A stretch of DNA of 64,000 bases from a virus. Taxonomy: Duplodnaviria; Heunggongvirae; Uroviricota; Caudoviricetes. The notes under the pieces are model-generated. The model was not told the origin of the DNA. It ran no database searches and worked only from the letters and a program-made list of their open reading frames with translations. The stretch is from the IMG/VR virus record IMGVR_UViG_3300029554_000003, positions 13,064-77,063 of that record; one strand, 5' to 3'. Positions 39,684 to 50,800 of this stretch are shown in pieces; the stretch's first letter is position 1, and every line of letters starts with the position of its first letter. A program made the position numbers and the translations under genes.

Positions 39684-40070
39684 TTAAGCAGTTCTTACCC
39701 ACACTTTACAAGCATATGAATAAGGAATATAATCTTTTCCTTCTCCTGTTAGCGCAGAATCGCCAAATTCTCTAAGGATTCTTCCTGAATGGTATCTTCC
39801 ATAATATAATCTATCAGTAGTTGCATTAGTACCATCCCATCCGCAACCAAGATTATTGACCAATGGATGATTATGCCTAGGCATTTGACTAATACTAATT
39901 GTTTTACTACCAGTATAGCCAGAAGTATCCTTATATGCCGCAATACAGGCGCCATCTTTAATTTGCGTCCATGTGCCACCGATAGACGTTGCAGGCGAAA
40001 CAGTACTGGTAGTGATATGCATACTATGTACAGGATAAATAATATCTAAAAGATTTACAAAATTGCTCAT
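39684..40070 (-). CDS. Fibre-tip (gp10-C-like) cassette 1
   Basis: MSNFVNLLDIIYPV...GGTWTQI...QMP.H.H...WVRTA. Confidence 0.8.
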   Translation of the reverse strand: MSNFVNLLDIIYPVHSMHITTSTVSPATSIGGTWTQIKDGACIAAYKDTSGYTGSKTISISQMPRHNHPLVNNLGCGWDGTNATTDRLYYGRYHSGRILREFGDSALTGEGKDYIPYSYACKVWVRTA

Positions 40071-40187
40071 TATTCAACCTCCTTATTTAGGAGGTCGTCT
40101 AAAATCATAATATCAAATTGATTTATAGATGATAAGCTACCGCAGTAGCCCCCCCCCTAGAGAGGTCAATTCATTAAACTTATTCAC
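40070..40187 (-). promoter_or_regulatory. Poly-G leader ORF plus anti-SD hairpin of cassette 1
   Basis: AAGGAG-6 nt-GTG(40187); G9 at 40149-40157; GACCTCCT-AAATA-AGGAGGTT hairpin at 40076-40096. Confidence 0.6.
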
Positions 40188-40227
40188 ATAAAACTCCTTT
40201 TCTTTCTCAGAATTATATTCTATATCT

Positions 40228-40266
40228 ATATGAAAAAAGGGCAAAACCCGTAACAGGATTTTGCCC
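40228..40266 (-). terminator. Terminator hairpin doubling as GGGCA motif copy
   Basis: GGGCAAAATCC-TGTTAC-GGGTTTTGCCC-TTTTTT-CATAT. Confidence 0.8.
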
Positions 40267-40275
40267 AAAGTTATA

Positions 40276-41835
40276 TTAGATTTGTACCCACAGTTTAACG
40301 TGTTCTTCTGTTGGCTTGCTCATGCCAACATAGACAGTGCCAACATCATCCGCAAGTTTGCCATTGGTCACAGCTTTGCTTGCAATTTTGCCTGATGAAA
40401 CAGCTCCATCGGCAATCTTAGCCGCAGTCACTTTACCGTTACCAATAGTAGTAGCCATTGTGATAGGACTTGCCGTATTGAAACTTGTAGCTGATGCTGT
40501 AATATCTCCGCTCAATGCGACAGTATTATTAAATTTGTTTGCAGATTGAGCATTTGTTGCGCTAGTCGCATTGCCTTCTACATTGCCAGTAAGAGTACCG
40601 ACAATTTTATTAGCATAAACATAATTCCACTTGGCGTTAGAAGAACCAAGAGAATAAGAATTGGTAGCGCTAGGAACAATATTCTGACCGGTTAGCGAAC
40701 CTGTCAGTGTGCCGCCAGATAGCTTTAAATAACTCGTATCGTGATTGTGGCTAGCAGTTGCAGCACCAATATTAGCACAAGTAAGATTTACATTGCCTGT
40801 GCGGTAGCTACCTTCCGCATTGCCTTTAACACCAGTGACCTCACCAGCGACTTGCCATGTACCGTCTCCACGGAGAAATTTGTTTTGACTTCCAGCCGCA
40901 GGAGCAGGAACAAGACCAGAGTGACCAGCTGCATTAGCGGTAGCACCTGTCATGACTTCTGGTTTAGTTGTATCTATATCAAATGACACATCAGTAGAGC
41001 CATTAAAACTAAATGTCCGTTTGCCAGTAGCTGATGTTGTTCCATATGTCACTCCAACACTTAAACTATGACCGACTTTACCAGCAGTAGTTGCGTTGGT
41101 GGCATTGTCGGCATTAGTTGCATGACTTGCATTAAGTGCTGTACCAGCTTTATACTCTTGGTATCCTGCGTCAGAATTTAGCTTGGTATCATCAACAACA
41201 ATATACATAATGCCAGTATCGTCTTGAATGACGCTATCGCCAGTCTGCACTCGCTGATTAGTTAGCTGAAAGCGTGCTGTTTTATTAGCGACATGAACCA
41301 ATCGTTCCAACGCACCTTGCGGAATAGTGCTTAGAGGTAACACCCCAGTGACACTCGCAGCATCAATTGATGGAATTGTAATTGAAATATTACCAGAACC
41401 ATCAAAATTAGCACTACCTGTACCACCATTGTTGCCGCCCTTAACACTGATTGAACGTGCGGTCTTTAGTTTTGTAGCAGTGTCGGCGTTACCAGTGACG
41501 TTACCAGTAAGATTTCCCGTAAATCCGCCATTGCCAGTAATCCTGCCTGCGAATGTAGTAGGAGACTTAACTGATTGCGCGTTAGTAGTTGTCTTGTCTA
41601 GCTTATTGTTCGCATTGTCATTGACAGCTTTAACTGCTTTTGGTGTAGCGGCGACAACGCCTGTGGCCGCATTATCTGTTGCATTTGTTGCGTCTGAAAG
41701 CCAGACTTCACCACGCTTATTATCGGTAGCATCTGGCGCAACGTAAATCGGCCTATATGTTTTAAGTGTAGGGTCATACACCTTAGCAACAAAATTATTT
41801 TTCATCGTAGAATCATTTGGATTACCTTTAGCCAT
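40276..41835 (-). CDS. Tail fibre protein
   Basis: AATPKAVK, GNADTATKL.TAR, GLVPAP..G...FLRGDGTW, VT..KIADGAV; ends KLWVQI. Confidence 0.85.
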   Translation of the reverse strand: MAKGNPNDSTMKNNFVAKVYDPTLKTYRPIYVAPDATDNKRGEVWLSDATNATDNAATGVVAATPKAVKAVNDNANNKLDKTTTNAQSVKSPTTFAGRITGNGGFTGNLTGNVTGNADTATKLKTARSISVKGGNNGGTGSANFDGSGNISITIPSIDAASVTGVLPLSTIPQGALERLVHVANKTARFQLTNQRVQTGDSVIQDDTGIMYIVVDDTKLNSDAGYQEYKAGTALNASHATNADNATNATTAGKVGHSLSVGVTYGTTSATGKRTFSFNGSTDVSFDIDTTKPEVMTGATANAAGHSGLVPAPAAGSQNKFLRGDGTWQVAGEVTGVKGNAEGSYRTGNVNLTCANIGAATASHNHDTSYLKLSGGTLTGSLTGQNIVPSATNSYSLGSSNAKWNYVYANKIVGTLTGNVEGNATSATNAQSANKFNNTVALSGDITASATSFNTASPITMATTIGNGKVTAAKIADGAVSSGKIASKAVTNGKLADDVGTVYVGMSKPTEEHVKLWVQI

Positions 41836-41846
41836 TTACTACCTCC

Positions 41847-42200
41847 TTATTCTTCTTCGTCTTTATAGATAACGTCTATAATTGTTTCTGGCGGCATACT
41901 CTTCTCAAAAGTAAATTTTAGCTTTGAACCGAAATTACCATCAAGCTCAAGTATACCTGTTTCATTTACCTTATATGAAAATTCACTCTCATTTGTAGTG
42001 ATTGTAACGTCATAATCAGGAATTTGCGGGAAAAGGATAATATCTTCTTTGCCTTCGTTTAATGCACGGTATTCAGAATAAGCAATCGGTTGACGCTTTG
42101 GAATCTGAATACCGATATGTACATAAGAATTACCCGCGCCAGCCTTAAACGTATGACTAGATTTAATTGAAAATGGGCCTTTAATCTGTTCAAGTTTCAT
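41847..42200 (-). CDS. Tail/baseplate hypothetical protein
   Basis: 117 aa, HIGIQ...ETGILE. Confidence 0.6.
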   Translation of the reverse strand: MKLEQIKGPFSIKSSHTFKAGAGNSYVHIGIQIPKRQPIAYSEYRALNEGKEDIILFPQIPDYDVTITTNESEFSYKVNETGILELDGNFGSKLKFTFEKSMPPETIIDVIYKDEEE

Positions 42201-42202
42201 GT

Positions 42203-44497
42203 CTATGCTCCAAACTTATAGGTACTAGACCAATAGGAAGGAATCGAACTATCTGAAACAGTAACAGAATTCTGTAAGAAAGCAAGGCCATCAGAAGTTA
42301 AAGTTTTCAGGCTTTCATAAGTTGCTGCACTTTCATCCATTAGCTTAACATCGCGCATATCTGTGTCCGCAATCTTGCCAAGATAATACCACGTACTTAA
42401 ATTATAGTCAAATGCATAAAATTCTTTATCGCTCTTGGCTTCATTATATGGCTGATACGTAATAATTTTGCCTAAATTAGATTGACCACCAGGCTGGTTT
42501 TGCGCACCAGTAAGGCCAAAGGGAAATTCACGATTTAGATATTCAATAATATTAGCATCTGTAAAGCCTGCTGCATGTAGCTGAGTCTTTGTGACGTTAA
42601 AGCCAATTAAGATACCAGCTTGGTCTTTAATAGTGCCAAGGTCTTTCCAATAGACATTTGAGCCATAATTAGGAATAGATGTGTCGTACTTCATCGCATC
42701 ATTATTTGAAATCCAACCATCAGTCGCATTTTTAACACGGTGTGATGGGTCGCTGTAAAGAACAAATAGATGCCAATCAGATGGACGAACCACAAGACGT
42801 TCAATTGAGTTAATCGGGTCACTGACTTTTACAGGGTTTGGATTACTATTGTATTTAACATAAATGCTCTTATCATCACTAATTCCGGTACCCATATAAA
42901 TAGATTTAACGGTAGTGATTTTATAATTCTCACCGCCATTTTCAGTCTTCAAATTAATTGTTTCGCCAGTATTAAAGATAAGAGTCGTTTCACCAATATC
43001 GTTAACGCGCGCAGCTGTCAAAAGTTTCAATTTAGCTGGGCTAATTTTATCACCAGTAGTCGTATTGATTGTAATCTGACCATTTGTTTGATTAATTGTA
43101 ATATCTTTAACCCAAGTAAGGCGTTTATCCACAGAAGCGGTATCGTCATTAAAAGAACATACAAAATGACCAGTATTTTCATCTAACGTAACTGCACTAA
43201 TCCAACGGATGTGACCAATTTTGTTCCTACCATCATTTGATAATTTACCACCATCTGTACCAGCAAATGTTCCAATAACATCACCATTATTTTGAATTTC
43301 AAGACCCTTTACCCATGTAAGGTTTGTTTCATATGCAGGAGAGTCATTGTTAAAGTCCATCTTAAAATGTCCGCCTGCGGCACCGTTACCAGTAGAAAGG
43401 GCAACGCCTGTCACCCATTTAATTTTCTTATAAAAGACAGTATCATTATTGTGTGTATAAGATACAGTTAAAGTGCCTTTATCGTCAAGCGTAATATTCT
43501 TAATAATATTAAAATCACCGAGATAAATTAAAATTGGGTCCGGATTGATTCGCTTATCATAGATATATAATTCATATACTACAATCTGACGATGTTTGGC
43601 AATATCATCTTCCATATTAGGATAACCAGATTGACCAACAGTAGCAAGACCAGTAGTAGGATTGACTGTAATATGCTCAGTTGAATATACTTTATTACGT
43701 AATGCTTCCGTCATTTCAATAACTTTAAGATTACGAAGCGTATCACCCTTTAAGCCTTTTGGAATACCCATATCCCAGTATTCCCAGAATGGGTGGGTCT
43801 TATCGTCAATACGTGTAATAGAAGCCATAGCATTTTCTTGCTTAATATTACCAGCTATATCATACTGGGAAACTGCATGAGCTTTATAATCAATTACAGT
43901 ATAAGGAAACTTCATTCCCACATAGAACCAAGAGTCCGCATCTTCATCATCCTTACGAATATTGACCCATGTATATTCAATATCATCATTAAATGAATTG
44001 CCACTTTTGCCCGGAACTAACGTGCGATTTTTGATATTGAATTTGAAATCTTTTTTAAGCGTACCGCCACCATCATGCCAGTTGCCATTATCATCTTGTT
44101 TCCAGTTAGTGATAACAGTACCATCGGCATTTTGACCAACTGGATACCTACGATAAGTATTTTCTTCAAGTGCCTTTGTTGACATATGCGTTACATTGTC
44201 AATAGTATCTACTTGAAAGAAAGGCGTGCCGCTAGACGGGCCAACGATTTGTCCTACGTAAATACTGCCAGCAGTCTGTGTATTCTGGTAATCTAGTCCG
44301 CGTCTAAAAACCTTTCCGTTATCTGGATGATTTTTATTCTTTGTAGAAATCAGACAGTATTCTCCATACCAGACTTCTGTGAAATTACTACCACGCGAAA
44401 ACATCTGTCGCATTTCATTTACAGAAGTGAAAGAAGCCTTAATTACAAAGCTAGTTCCTTCATGTCCACCATAAAGTGAATCCATTGGTCTATTCAC
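42203..44497 (-). CDS. Tail/baseplate structural protein with beta repeats
   Basis: Repeated W(V/I)..(V/I).L...G motifs. Confidence 0.6.
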   Translation of the reverse strand: MNRPMDSLYGGHEGTSFVIKASFTSVNEMRQMFSRGSNFTEVWYGEYCLISTKNKNHPDNGKVFRRGLDYQNTQTAGSIYVGQIVGPSSGTPFFQVDTIDNVTHMSTKALEENTYRRYPVGQNADGTVITNWKQDDNGNWHDGGGTLKKDFKFNIKNRTLVPGKSGNSFNDDIEYTWVNIRKDDEDADSWFYVGMKFPYTVIDYKAHAVSQYDIAGNIKQENAMASITRIDDKTHPFWEYWDMGIPKGLKGDTLRNLKVIEMTEALRNKVYSTEHITVNPTTGLATVGQSGYPNMEDDIAKHRQIVVYELYIYDKRINPDPILIYLGDFNIIKNITLDDKGTLTVSYTHNNDTVFYKKIKWVTGVALSTGNGAAGGHFKMDFNNDSPAYETNLTWVKGLEIQNNGDVIGTFAGTDGGKLSNDGRNKIGHIRWISAVTLDENTGHFVCSFNDDTASVDKRLTWVKDITINQTNGQITINTTTGDKISPAKLKLLTAARVNDIGETTLIFNTGETINLKTENGGENYKITTVKSIYMGTGISDDKSIYVKYNSNPNPVKVSDPINSIERLVVRPSDWHLFVLYSDPSHRVKNATDGWISNNDAMKYDTSIPNYGSNVYWKDLGTIKDQAGILIGFNVTKTQLHAAGFTDANIIEYLNREFPFGLTGAQNQPGGQSNLGKIITYQPYNEAKSDKEFYAFDYNLSTWYYLGKIADTDMRDVKLMDESAATYESLKTLTSDGLAFLQNSVTVSDSSIPSYWSSTYKFGA

Positions 44498-45434
44498 CGT
44501 CCTCTTCTACGTCTTTTTGTGTAAATTCATAGTCAATAGTAAATGAATCAGTATAATCACGAGCCACAACGCCAATAGAAGAAACAGGCACTTCTGATAG
44601 TTCATAGAATCCGCTCGGACCAATCCTAATCTCTTCACCATTAATAGCCATCATCAAACCAGAATGGCCCCAAATACCAATTCTATCAAGCGTAGCATTA
44701 TTGTTCATACTTTCCACTAGATTACTTAATTGACATAGCTCACATTTAATTTTATCTAAATCTACAATGCGACCATAAGTCGTACCATTTGCTGTCGTAT
44801 GTTGAATATTGTAGTCTTCTGCTTGTCTTGTCATTGATAGCACAACAGAAATGAATCCATCTTCTATTGGCCTGAAAATCATTTCAAACAGACCATAACG
44901 TTCACCAACATTTGTTTTCCAAGATGCTGCCATAGCTACAATATTGCGTTTATCTGTCTGTGTATACGTATTGCCACCTGTGCCCAGATAATATTTTTTA
45001 TTCTGTTCTCGATAATATAAAGCATCTTTAATAGTAGTTTTACCATATTCATATTTAAGCGGTATCATAGCATTAATGCTACCATTACTTTTCTCATATA
45101 ATGCAACGTTATAAACGTTACTCCCGTCTCCACCTGCGTTAACGTTAACGGTCTTAATATACTGATACGAGCCTTGGTCTGTATCTGAATTTTTTGTTAA
45201 TTTAATAGTAAATTCCATAGCATAATTCATGTCTTGCGGAATTTGAACTTTTAAATAATAATCTTGACCTTTAACAAATTGCTTGTCGGGAATGATAGCA
45301 ACGTCTTTGAAACCTGTATTTTGTTCATCTAATCCAGTAATATCAGCATTAGAGTCAACATAAGATTTTTTGAAAGATAGTTCAGTAAGGCCTTCTCCAG
45401 CATACCTATATTGACCGATATTTGTGGTTGCCAA
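44490..45434 (-). CDS. Baseplate structural protein
   Basis: TTG start after AGGAGG; C-terminal INGEEIRIGPSGFYE. Confidence 0.6.
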   Translation of the reverse strand: MATTNIGQYRYAGEGLTELSFKKSYVDSNADITGLDEQNTGFKDVAIIPDKQFVKGQDYYLKVQIPQDMNYAMEFTIKLTKNSDTDQGSYQYIKTVNVNAGGDGSNVYNVALYEKSNGSINAMIPLKYEYGKTTIKDALYYREQNKKYYLGTGGNTYTQTDKRNIVAMAASWKTNVGERYGLFEMIFRPIEDGFISVVLSMTRQAEDYNIQHTTANGTTYGRIVDLDKIKCELCQLSNLVESMNNNATLDRIGIWGHSGLMMAINGEEIRIGPSGFYELSEVPVSSIGVVARDYTDSFTIDYEFTQKDVEEDGE

Positions 45435-45470
45435 TTTCCCTCCTTTTATTTCCAAAATATACCTAATATA

Positions 45471-45511
45471 AAATAAAAAATAGGGCAAACCAATTATACG
45501 GTTTTGCCCTA
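45471..45511 (-). terminator. Terminator hairpin doubling as GGGCA motif copy
   Basis: TAGGGCAAAACC...GGTTTGCCCTA-TTTTTT. Confidence 0.75.
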
Positions 45512-45514
45512 TTT

Positions 45515-47800
45515 TTAGAATCTTTCTATTGACTGATTACACGAAACGGTCATTGCATTGCCGGACCCAAGAGGAATAGAAAGTGTATTTAAATTATAGT
45601 CACCATATGTATTTGTAGAAGTATCATTTAATTCAACTCTAGAATTAGGCTCTAGGTAGAATACTGGCAGCGCAGTAATCGACACTGAATTTTGATAAGT
45701 CGTATGAAGATATAGCTCATACTTTACTTGGTCAAAAGCACTATTCTTGTAGCCGCCAGTAGCAAGACTATAAAAAACCTCACCGCGTACCTGGGTATAT
45801 GGCATACCATTGTCTTCACATTCTTGTTGCTTTGTCCTTCCCTTATCATCTTCATCGGCATTGATGAATACAATATTAGGAATCTCAGGAGCAAACAAAC
45901 AGTTTACGGCATCAGATGATACGGCATCTGTTCTGCGACCAATGGCAGAGACAGAGAATCTTCCTAAGTCAGATGTTGAAGAATCAATAAAATCTAAAAA
46001 ATAATTACCATCAGTCAACGCAGAAGTAAGCAATTCAGCATTTTCTTTCTCACCTATGAACTTCTGACCTGCAAGGTCATAAATTTGCGGCCAAAACGCA
46101 TCTAATTCTTCAAAATAATAATCTGTATCTATCTTACAATTATGTGCATATTGTAGAACATCTCCCTGCCAACCAGAAATACCATCAATTTTAGCATAAT
46201 AATTGCCAGAATCAATTCCATTTTTCTTAGCCAATAGGCCTTCAAGATAAAGCTCGGTACGCCAGTCTTTTACAGTATAACCATCAATGATAATCGGTAT
46301 TGCCGCAGAACTGATGTCTCCTTTATCATCTACAACAACGGCAGAAGTTGAAGCATCTATTGGAGGATAATATGCTGTACACTTTAATGCTTTATAAGTA
46401 TCATCTTTCCAATAATAAGCAGTTTTATTAGTAGCATCAAAATAAATAGTATTGAAATCACCAATAGTAGGAAAATCTTTTACGCTTGTATATACAATCG
46501 GAAACGCGGCTTTTAGTTCTTGAGTAGACTCTTCTGTATATAATAAAACGTTGTAATAAGTATTATAGTAACTATTACCTTGTTCATCTATTGTAACGGG
46601 TGTCGGCTTGCGGTCAATACAAAGATGATAACGAACGTCTACCTGTTGCTGGCTATTTGTACCTTGGCGCTTACCTTGAATAATAAAGTCATTTTTGATA
46701 TTATTGAACTGCGGCGTTTTACTAATACTAATAATATTATCTTTGTCATTAAAAGCATATACACTTTTACCTGTAGTTGTTTCTACAAGATAATCATGCT
46801 TCTTCATGTCATTGACTAAAGTTGTCGCTTGTGTAGTATTAAGATAATTTTTAATTTCCCTAAAATGAAACACACCAAATTCATCATAAAAATATTCAAA
46901 ATTACCAAGATAACTTTTAATTTTATCTAATACAGACGTTACACTTTCGCCAAGATTCGCAGATAGTTCAGAATCATATACAAAATCATCATAAATATAG
47001 CCGCAATCTTGACCGCTTAAAATTTCAATCGTACCATCTTCTAATTTTTCTGGCTTATCGACATACGCCGCATACCATATCCTGCCTGCGCTTCCACTTT
47101 GCTTAGGTACAAGATAAAGCGGATTAGAGCCAGTCCATTTCATAACCCTTTTAATGCGGCGAGGCACATCTTCAATAACGATATTGTTTAAATCTTCCCC
47201 GCCGTAATGATTCACTAACTCTTGGATAATATCGTAAACTAATACTTTTTTAGTAATATATGCACCGCTTGCGTCCTGTGTATCCATTTCATCGAATATA
47301 ACAGCCGCAGGCAACGTGCCAGAAACATCACCTGATAGTCCACACATTTTGTCTTTCAATGTCAATTGCAATGACACGGCAGATGAAACAGAAGATGATG
47401 CACTCGCACTCGCAATAAAGAAAACGCCTTGAGGGAACCATAAGATAGGATAATCTAAAAATTGATTGCTATGGTTTTCAACACCAATCTCAATAAAAAT
47501 TTTCTTGTTAATTGCAAAATCATATGACATATTTTCAATGTCATAATCGCCACTACTAATAGATGCAGTCAATGAGCAAGTACGTCTAATAGACGAAGAA
47601 CCGTCTTTAGAAAGACTACCAGACGCAATAACACCTTGAATCTCCTTCAACGGTTCTTCATTCCAATTGAGAAGGGTTAGCCGCACATATTGTTTTTGAT
47701 TGACAAAATTATCAATAGTCTTGAGAAAGTTTCTACGCTTTAATGCACTATTGGCATCTTCATAAAAGCTGTCATTTAAATAAGGATACGTCCTTCTCAT
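45515..47800 (-). CDS. Baseplate hub/Tal-like protein
   Basis: GS.S.DGSS.IRRTCSL, EYFYD..G.F.F, LP.FYLEPN.RV; position in tail module. Confidence 0.65.
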   Translation of the reverse strand: MRRTYPYLNDSFYEDANSALKRRNFLKTIDNFVNQKQYVRLTLLNWNEEPLKEIQGVIASGSLSKDGSSSIRRTCSLTASISSGDYDIENMSYDFAINKKIFIEIGVENHSNQFLDYPILWFPQGVFFIASASASSSVSSAVSLQLTLKDKMCGLSGDVSGTLPAAVIFDEMDTQDASGAYITKKVLVYDIIQELVNHYGGEDLNNIVIEDVPRRIKRVMKWTGSNPLYLVPKQSGSAGRIWYAAYVDKPEKLEDGTIEILSGQDCGYIYDDFVYDSELSANLGESVTSVLDKIKSYLGNFEYFYDEFGVFHFREIKNYLNTTQATTLVNDMKKHDYLVETTTGKSVYAFNDKDNIISISKTPQFNNIKNDFIIQGKRQGTNSQQQVDVRYHLCIDRKPTPVTIDEQGNSYYNTYYNVLLYTEESTQELKAAFPIVYTSVKDFPTIGDFNTIYFDATNKTAYYWKDDTYKALKCTAYYPPIDASTSAVVVDDKGDISSAAIPIIIDGYTVKDWRTELYLEGLLAKKNGIDSGNYYAKIDGISGWQGDVLQYAHNCKIDTDYYFEELDAFWPQIYDLAGQKFIGEKENAELLTSALTDGNYFLDFIDSSTSDLGRFSVSAIGRRTDAVSSDAVNCLFAPEIPNIVFINADEDDKGRTKQQECEDNGMPYTQVRGEVFYSLATGGYKNSAFDQVKYELYLHTTYQNSVSITALPVFYLEPNSRVELNDTSTNTYGDYNLNTLSIPLGSGNAMTVSCNQSIERF

Positions 47801-47808
47801 TTTCCCTC

Positions 47809-50800
47809 CTATTGATAATTTGTAGTCATTACAGTGCCATAATAGTTAATCATACCTTCTACTGGCATAAAAGCAATACCAATAGTTTCTGTAGAATTAT
47901 TATTCTCTATATTATCAATCATACCAAAAGCAAAATTATACCATTGATAATTATAATAAATCTTTAAGTCGCCATTGATATTATATACAGTGTTTAGTAT
48001 CGGCTTCTTAACTTCGCTAACATCCATATATTTTACAACCTGAACTGGTCGTTCACCAATATCGTTCCATGCATTTACAAAACTATCCTGCGGTGGATTA
48101 TTGTCTTGAATTACAGATACCGGGTCTTTTGTTTCAGCAGAATCAATAACTCTAATCCAATTAAAATTGTTAATTGTCGCGTCATTAAGCGAAGCATCAA
48201 CTCGAAATTCATTCTCTTGCAGGTACTTGGTTTTATTCACCTGCTTCATACGGATTCCTAAGAAGCACATATCATCTACTGGAACGTCTCTCAGCATATG
48301 TAAAACACCTGTGCCACCTACGAGATAGTTTTTATATTCTGTTTCATTATGATATTTAATACTAGCAACCGCATATGGAGTGACATCTAAGCAAATACCC
48401 TTCCAATATTTCATGCGCTTGCTTGAAATCATAACATCACCATTCATCTGAATAAAGTTATATTTATTCCTAATCTTTCTGCCAAGATAAATATTAGACT
48501 TAAAGATACCTCTCTCTTGACCGACTACTACTCGGTCAACAGACGCGCTTGAAACAGCTTCTTTTGAGCTAGAGCGCTCTTTATAGCAAAGCGTGTATTC
48601 AACAGTGATAACATCACCAATTTGAAAATAAAGACCAATAACATCTAACTTGTTTGGAATCTGATAATATCCACGCTCGTTAACGAAAATATTATGATTA
48701 CCATTACTACCACGAGTCATAACACCAAAATAGTATCCTTGCTGGACTCGCTTTTCAGCAATCATCTGAGACACACCATTTGTTTTATCTGTCACTTCTG
48801 TAAGTCCATCTGAACCACTTTGGAAGGTATAGTAACGAGGTTTAGAATGATAATAAATTTTAATATCTTTAAGTACGATTTCTTCTGCTTTGCGTTTTGT
48901 GAGAACTCCACTATATTTTTTACTTAATAAATCATTAATGTCATTTCTAATATCATTGTTATTCGTAACAGTAAATTTATATGTTTGACCAGGTTTAATA
49001 ACTTCAATGTAATCTTTAGGCTCGTCCTCGGAATCTTGTTTACCATTACCACTAATAGAACCAATCATCTTACGATTATAAATACCAAGAGTATCAAGAG
49101 TGTCTAGAGAAGAAGCATCTTCCACCTCGTAAATTGTAGCAGAAAAATTCCATAGTCTTCGGCCAACGGTTTCATTAGGCGTCAACGTAATATCTGTAAG
49201 CATAACGACCATAGAACCTTCTGCCATTGAGCGATACAGTTTAGGCTCACCGTCATTCAACCATGCAATTAGCTTTTCACGGAATGCACGTTCATAAAGC
49301 CAGTCATTCGTTGTAGTCGTTAAATACTCTTGTGAAGTAATACTGGAAACAGGTGCGTTAGGATACTGATTGCCGCCAATCTTTTCCCAATTCTTAAAAT
49401 CGTTACGAACTAAATCTTTAACGCCAGTTTCATCTTTATATTCTGAGTATAGGTCTTTAAGTGTATCATTATTATGATGAATAAGTTCTGTCTTATCCGC
49501 AAATTCAGAATAAACATCAGACTCAGCACTAATCAGGCCTGAAATACTAAACTGTTTATAATTCAATACAGCATTTTCTGCAAACTTAGGATATTTACCA
49601 CCAAGGGTATCAATCTTAGCTCTATTAACTACTGGCTTAAAATTACTCACCTGATAATTATACCTTACCGCATATTGCTCTTTTCCACGAGAAAAATACG
49701 CGTCATAGAATTGCGGCAAAACGACTTTTGACATTTTAGGCTTAGCAATCGACATTCCAGTAGAGCTAAGAGCTTCTACACGATAGCGATACCATGTCAG
49801 GCTTTCTACGGTATTATCTACAATTGAAAAATCGACTTTTTGTAACTTTGCACTATAGATTGTTTCCCATTCTTTGAAATTGTCTTTATCAGATGCACGC
49901 CTTACGTATACAGATATGCTATCACTAAATGAATATTCATTTTTAACTGAAACTTTAATTGATGCAGTTTCATCGTCAACCTCTGCAACAATTGTAGGTT
50001 GCCATTCATCAGCACCACTATATTCACCTATTTGGAATTTATATTCTTTACTAAGCTGATACTGATTCTTTGTGCGGCAAGTAACGCGGCATACATAATA
50101 TGTACTGGTAGGGTCTGAGGTAGAACCATCTGAACTGTTCTTCAAAGATGAAAAATCAATATTATATACAATATTATTTGGATTAAGATTTTCACCAGTA
50201 TAAATTGTAGGAGTAGAGAACAATACTTTATCTGAATCATCTAAAATATCAAACTGATATGCTTCAAGAGTTTCAGTTTCAGTATTTAAAACTACCTCTT
50301 CGCCACTTTCATTTTTAGTGACAAAAAGAAGACCTCCCGCAATTTGCGTTAAGCCTTTATTAAATGTCATATATGAATTGCCTGTATAATTTTCAAATAC
50401 AGACAGATAAATTTTAGGTTGGTGAATAGGTCTAATTAGACAAACAGAAGACCATTCTGAAAAATATTGCGTATGTGATAAAAGATAACTATTCTTCTTT
50501 GCTTCATCGTTGATAGGCACTTCATCAGTTCCATTATAGCTATCAAATCGAATCTGAACCTTATAGAATTGATTTGTATTGAAAGCATTGCCCTCGATAT
50601 AAGCGGTAGGTATTGTTACATAATACATACCGCTTACTTTATCGAATTGTAAATCTTCAATGAGGATGCCAGAAAGTTTATTCAAGGCATTCTCATTGTT
50701 GAGTTGATTTACGCAACTGACATGTACATGTTTAATCTCAGATGCAGAATTAAAAGAAGAAAGAGTAAAATATACAACAGCATCTTCTGTGTTCACGAAA

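Noticed and set aside
38656..40070. Diversity-generating retroelement or invertible shufflon behind the tip cassettes
   Set aside because: No reverse transcriptase or recombinase in the window, no TR/VR pair with adenine-only differences seen, and all cassettes face the same way.
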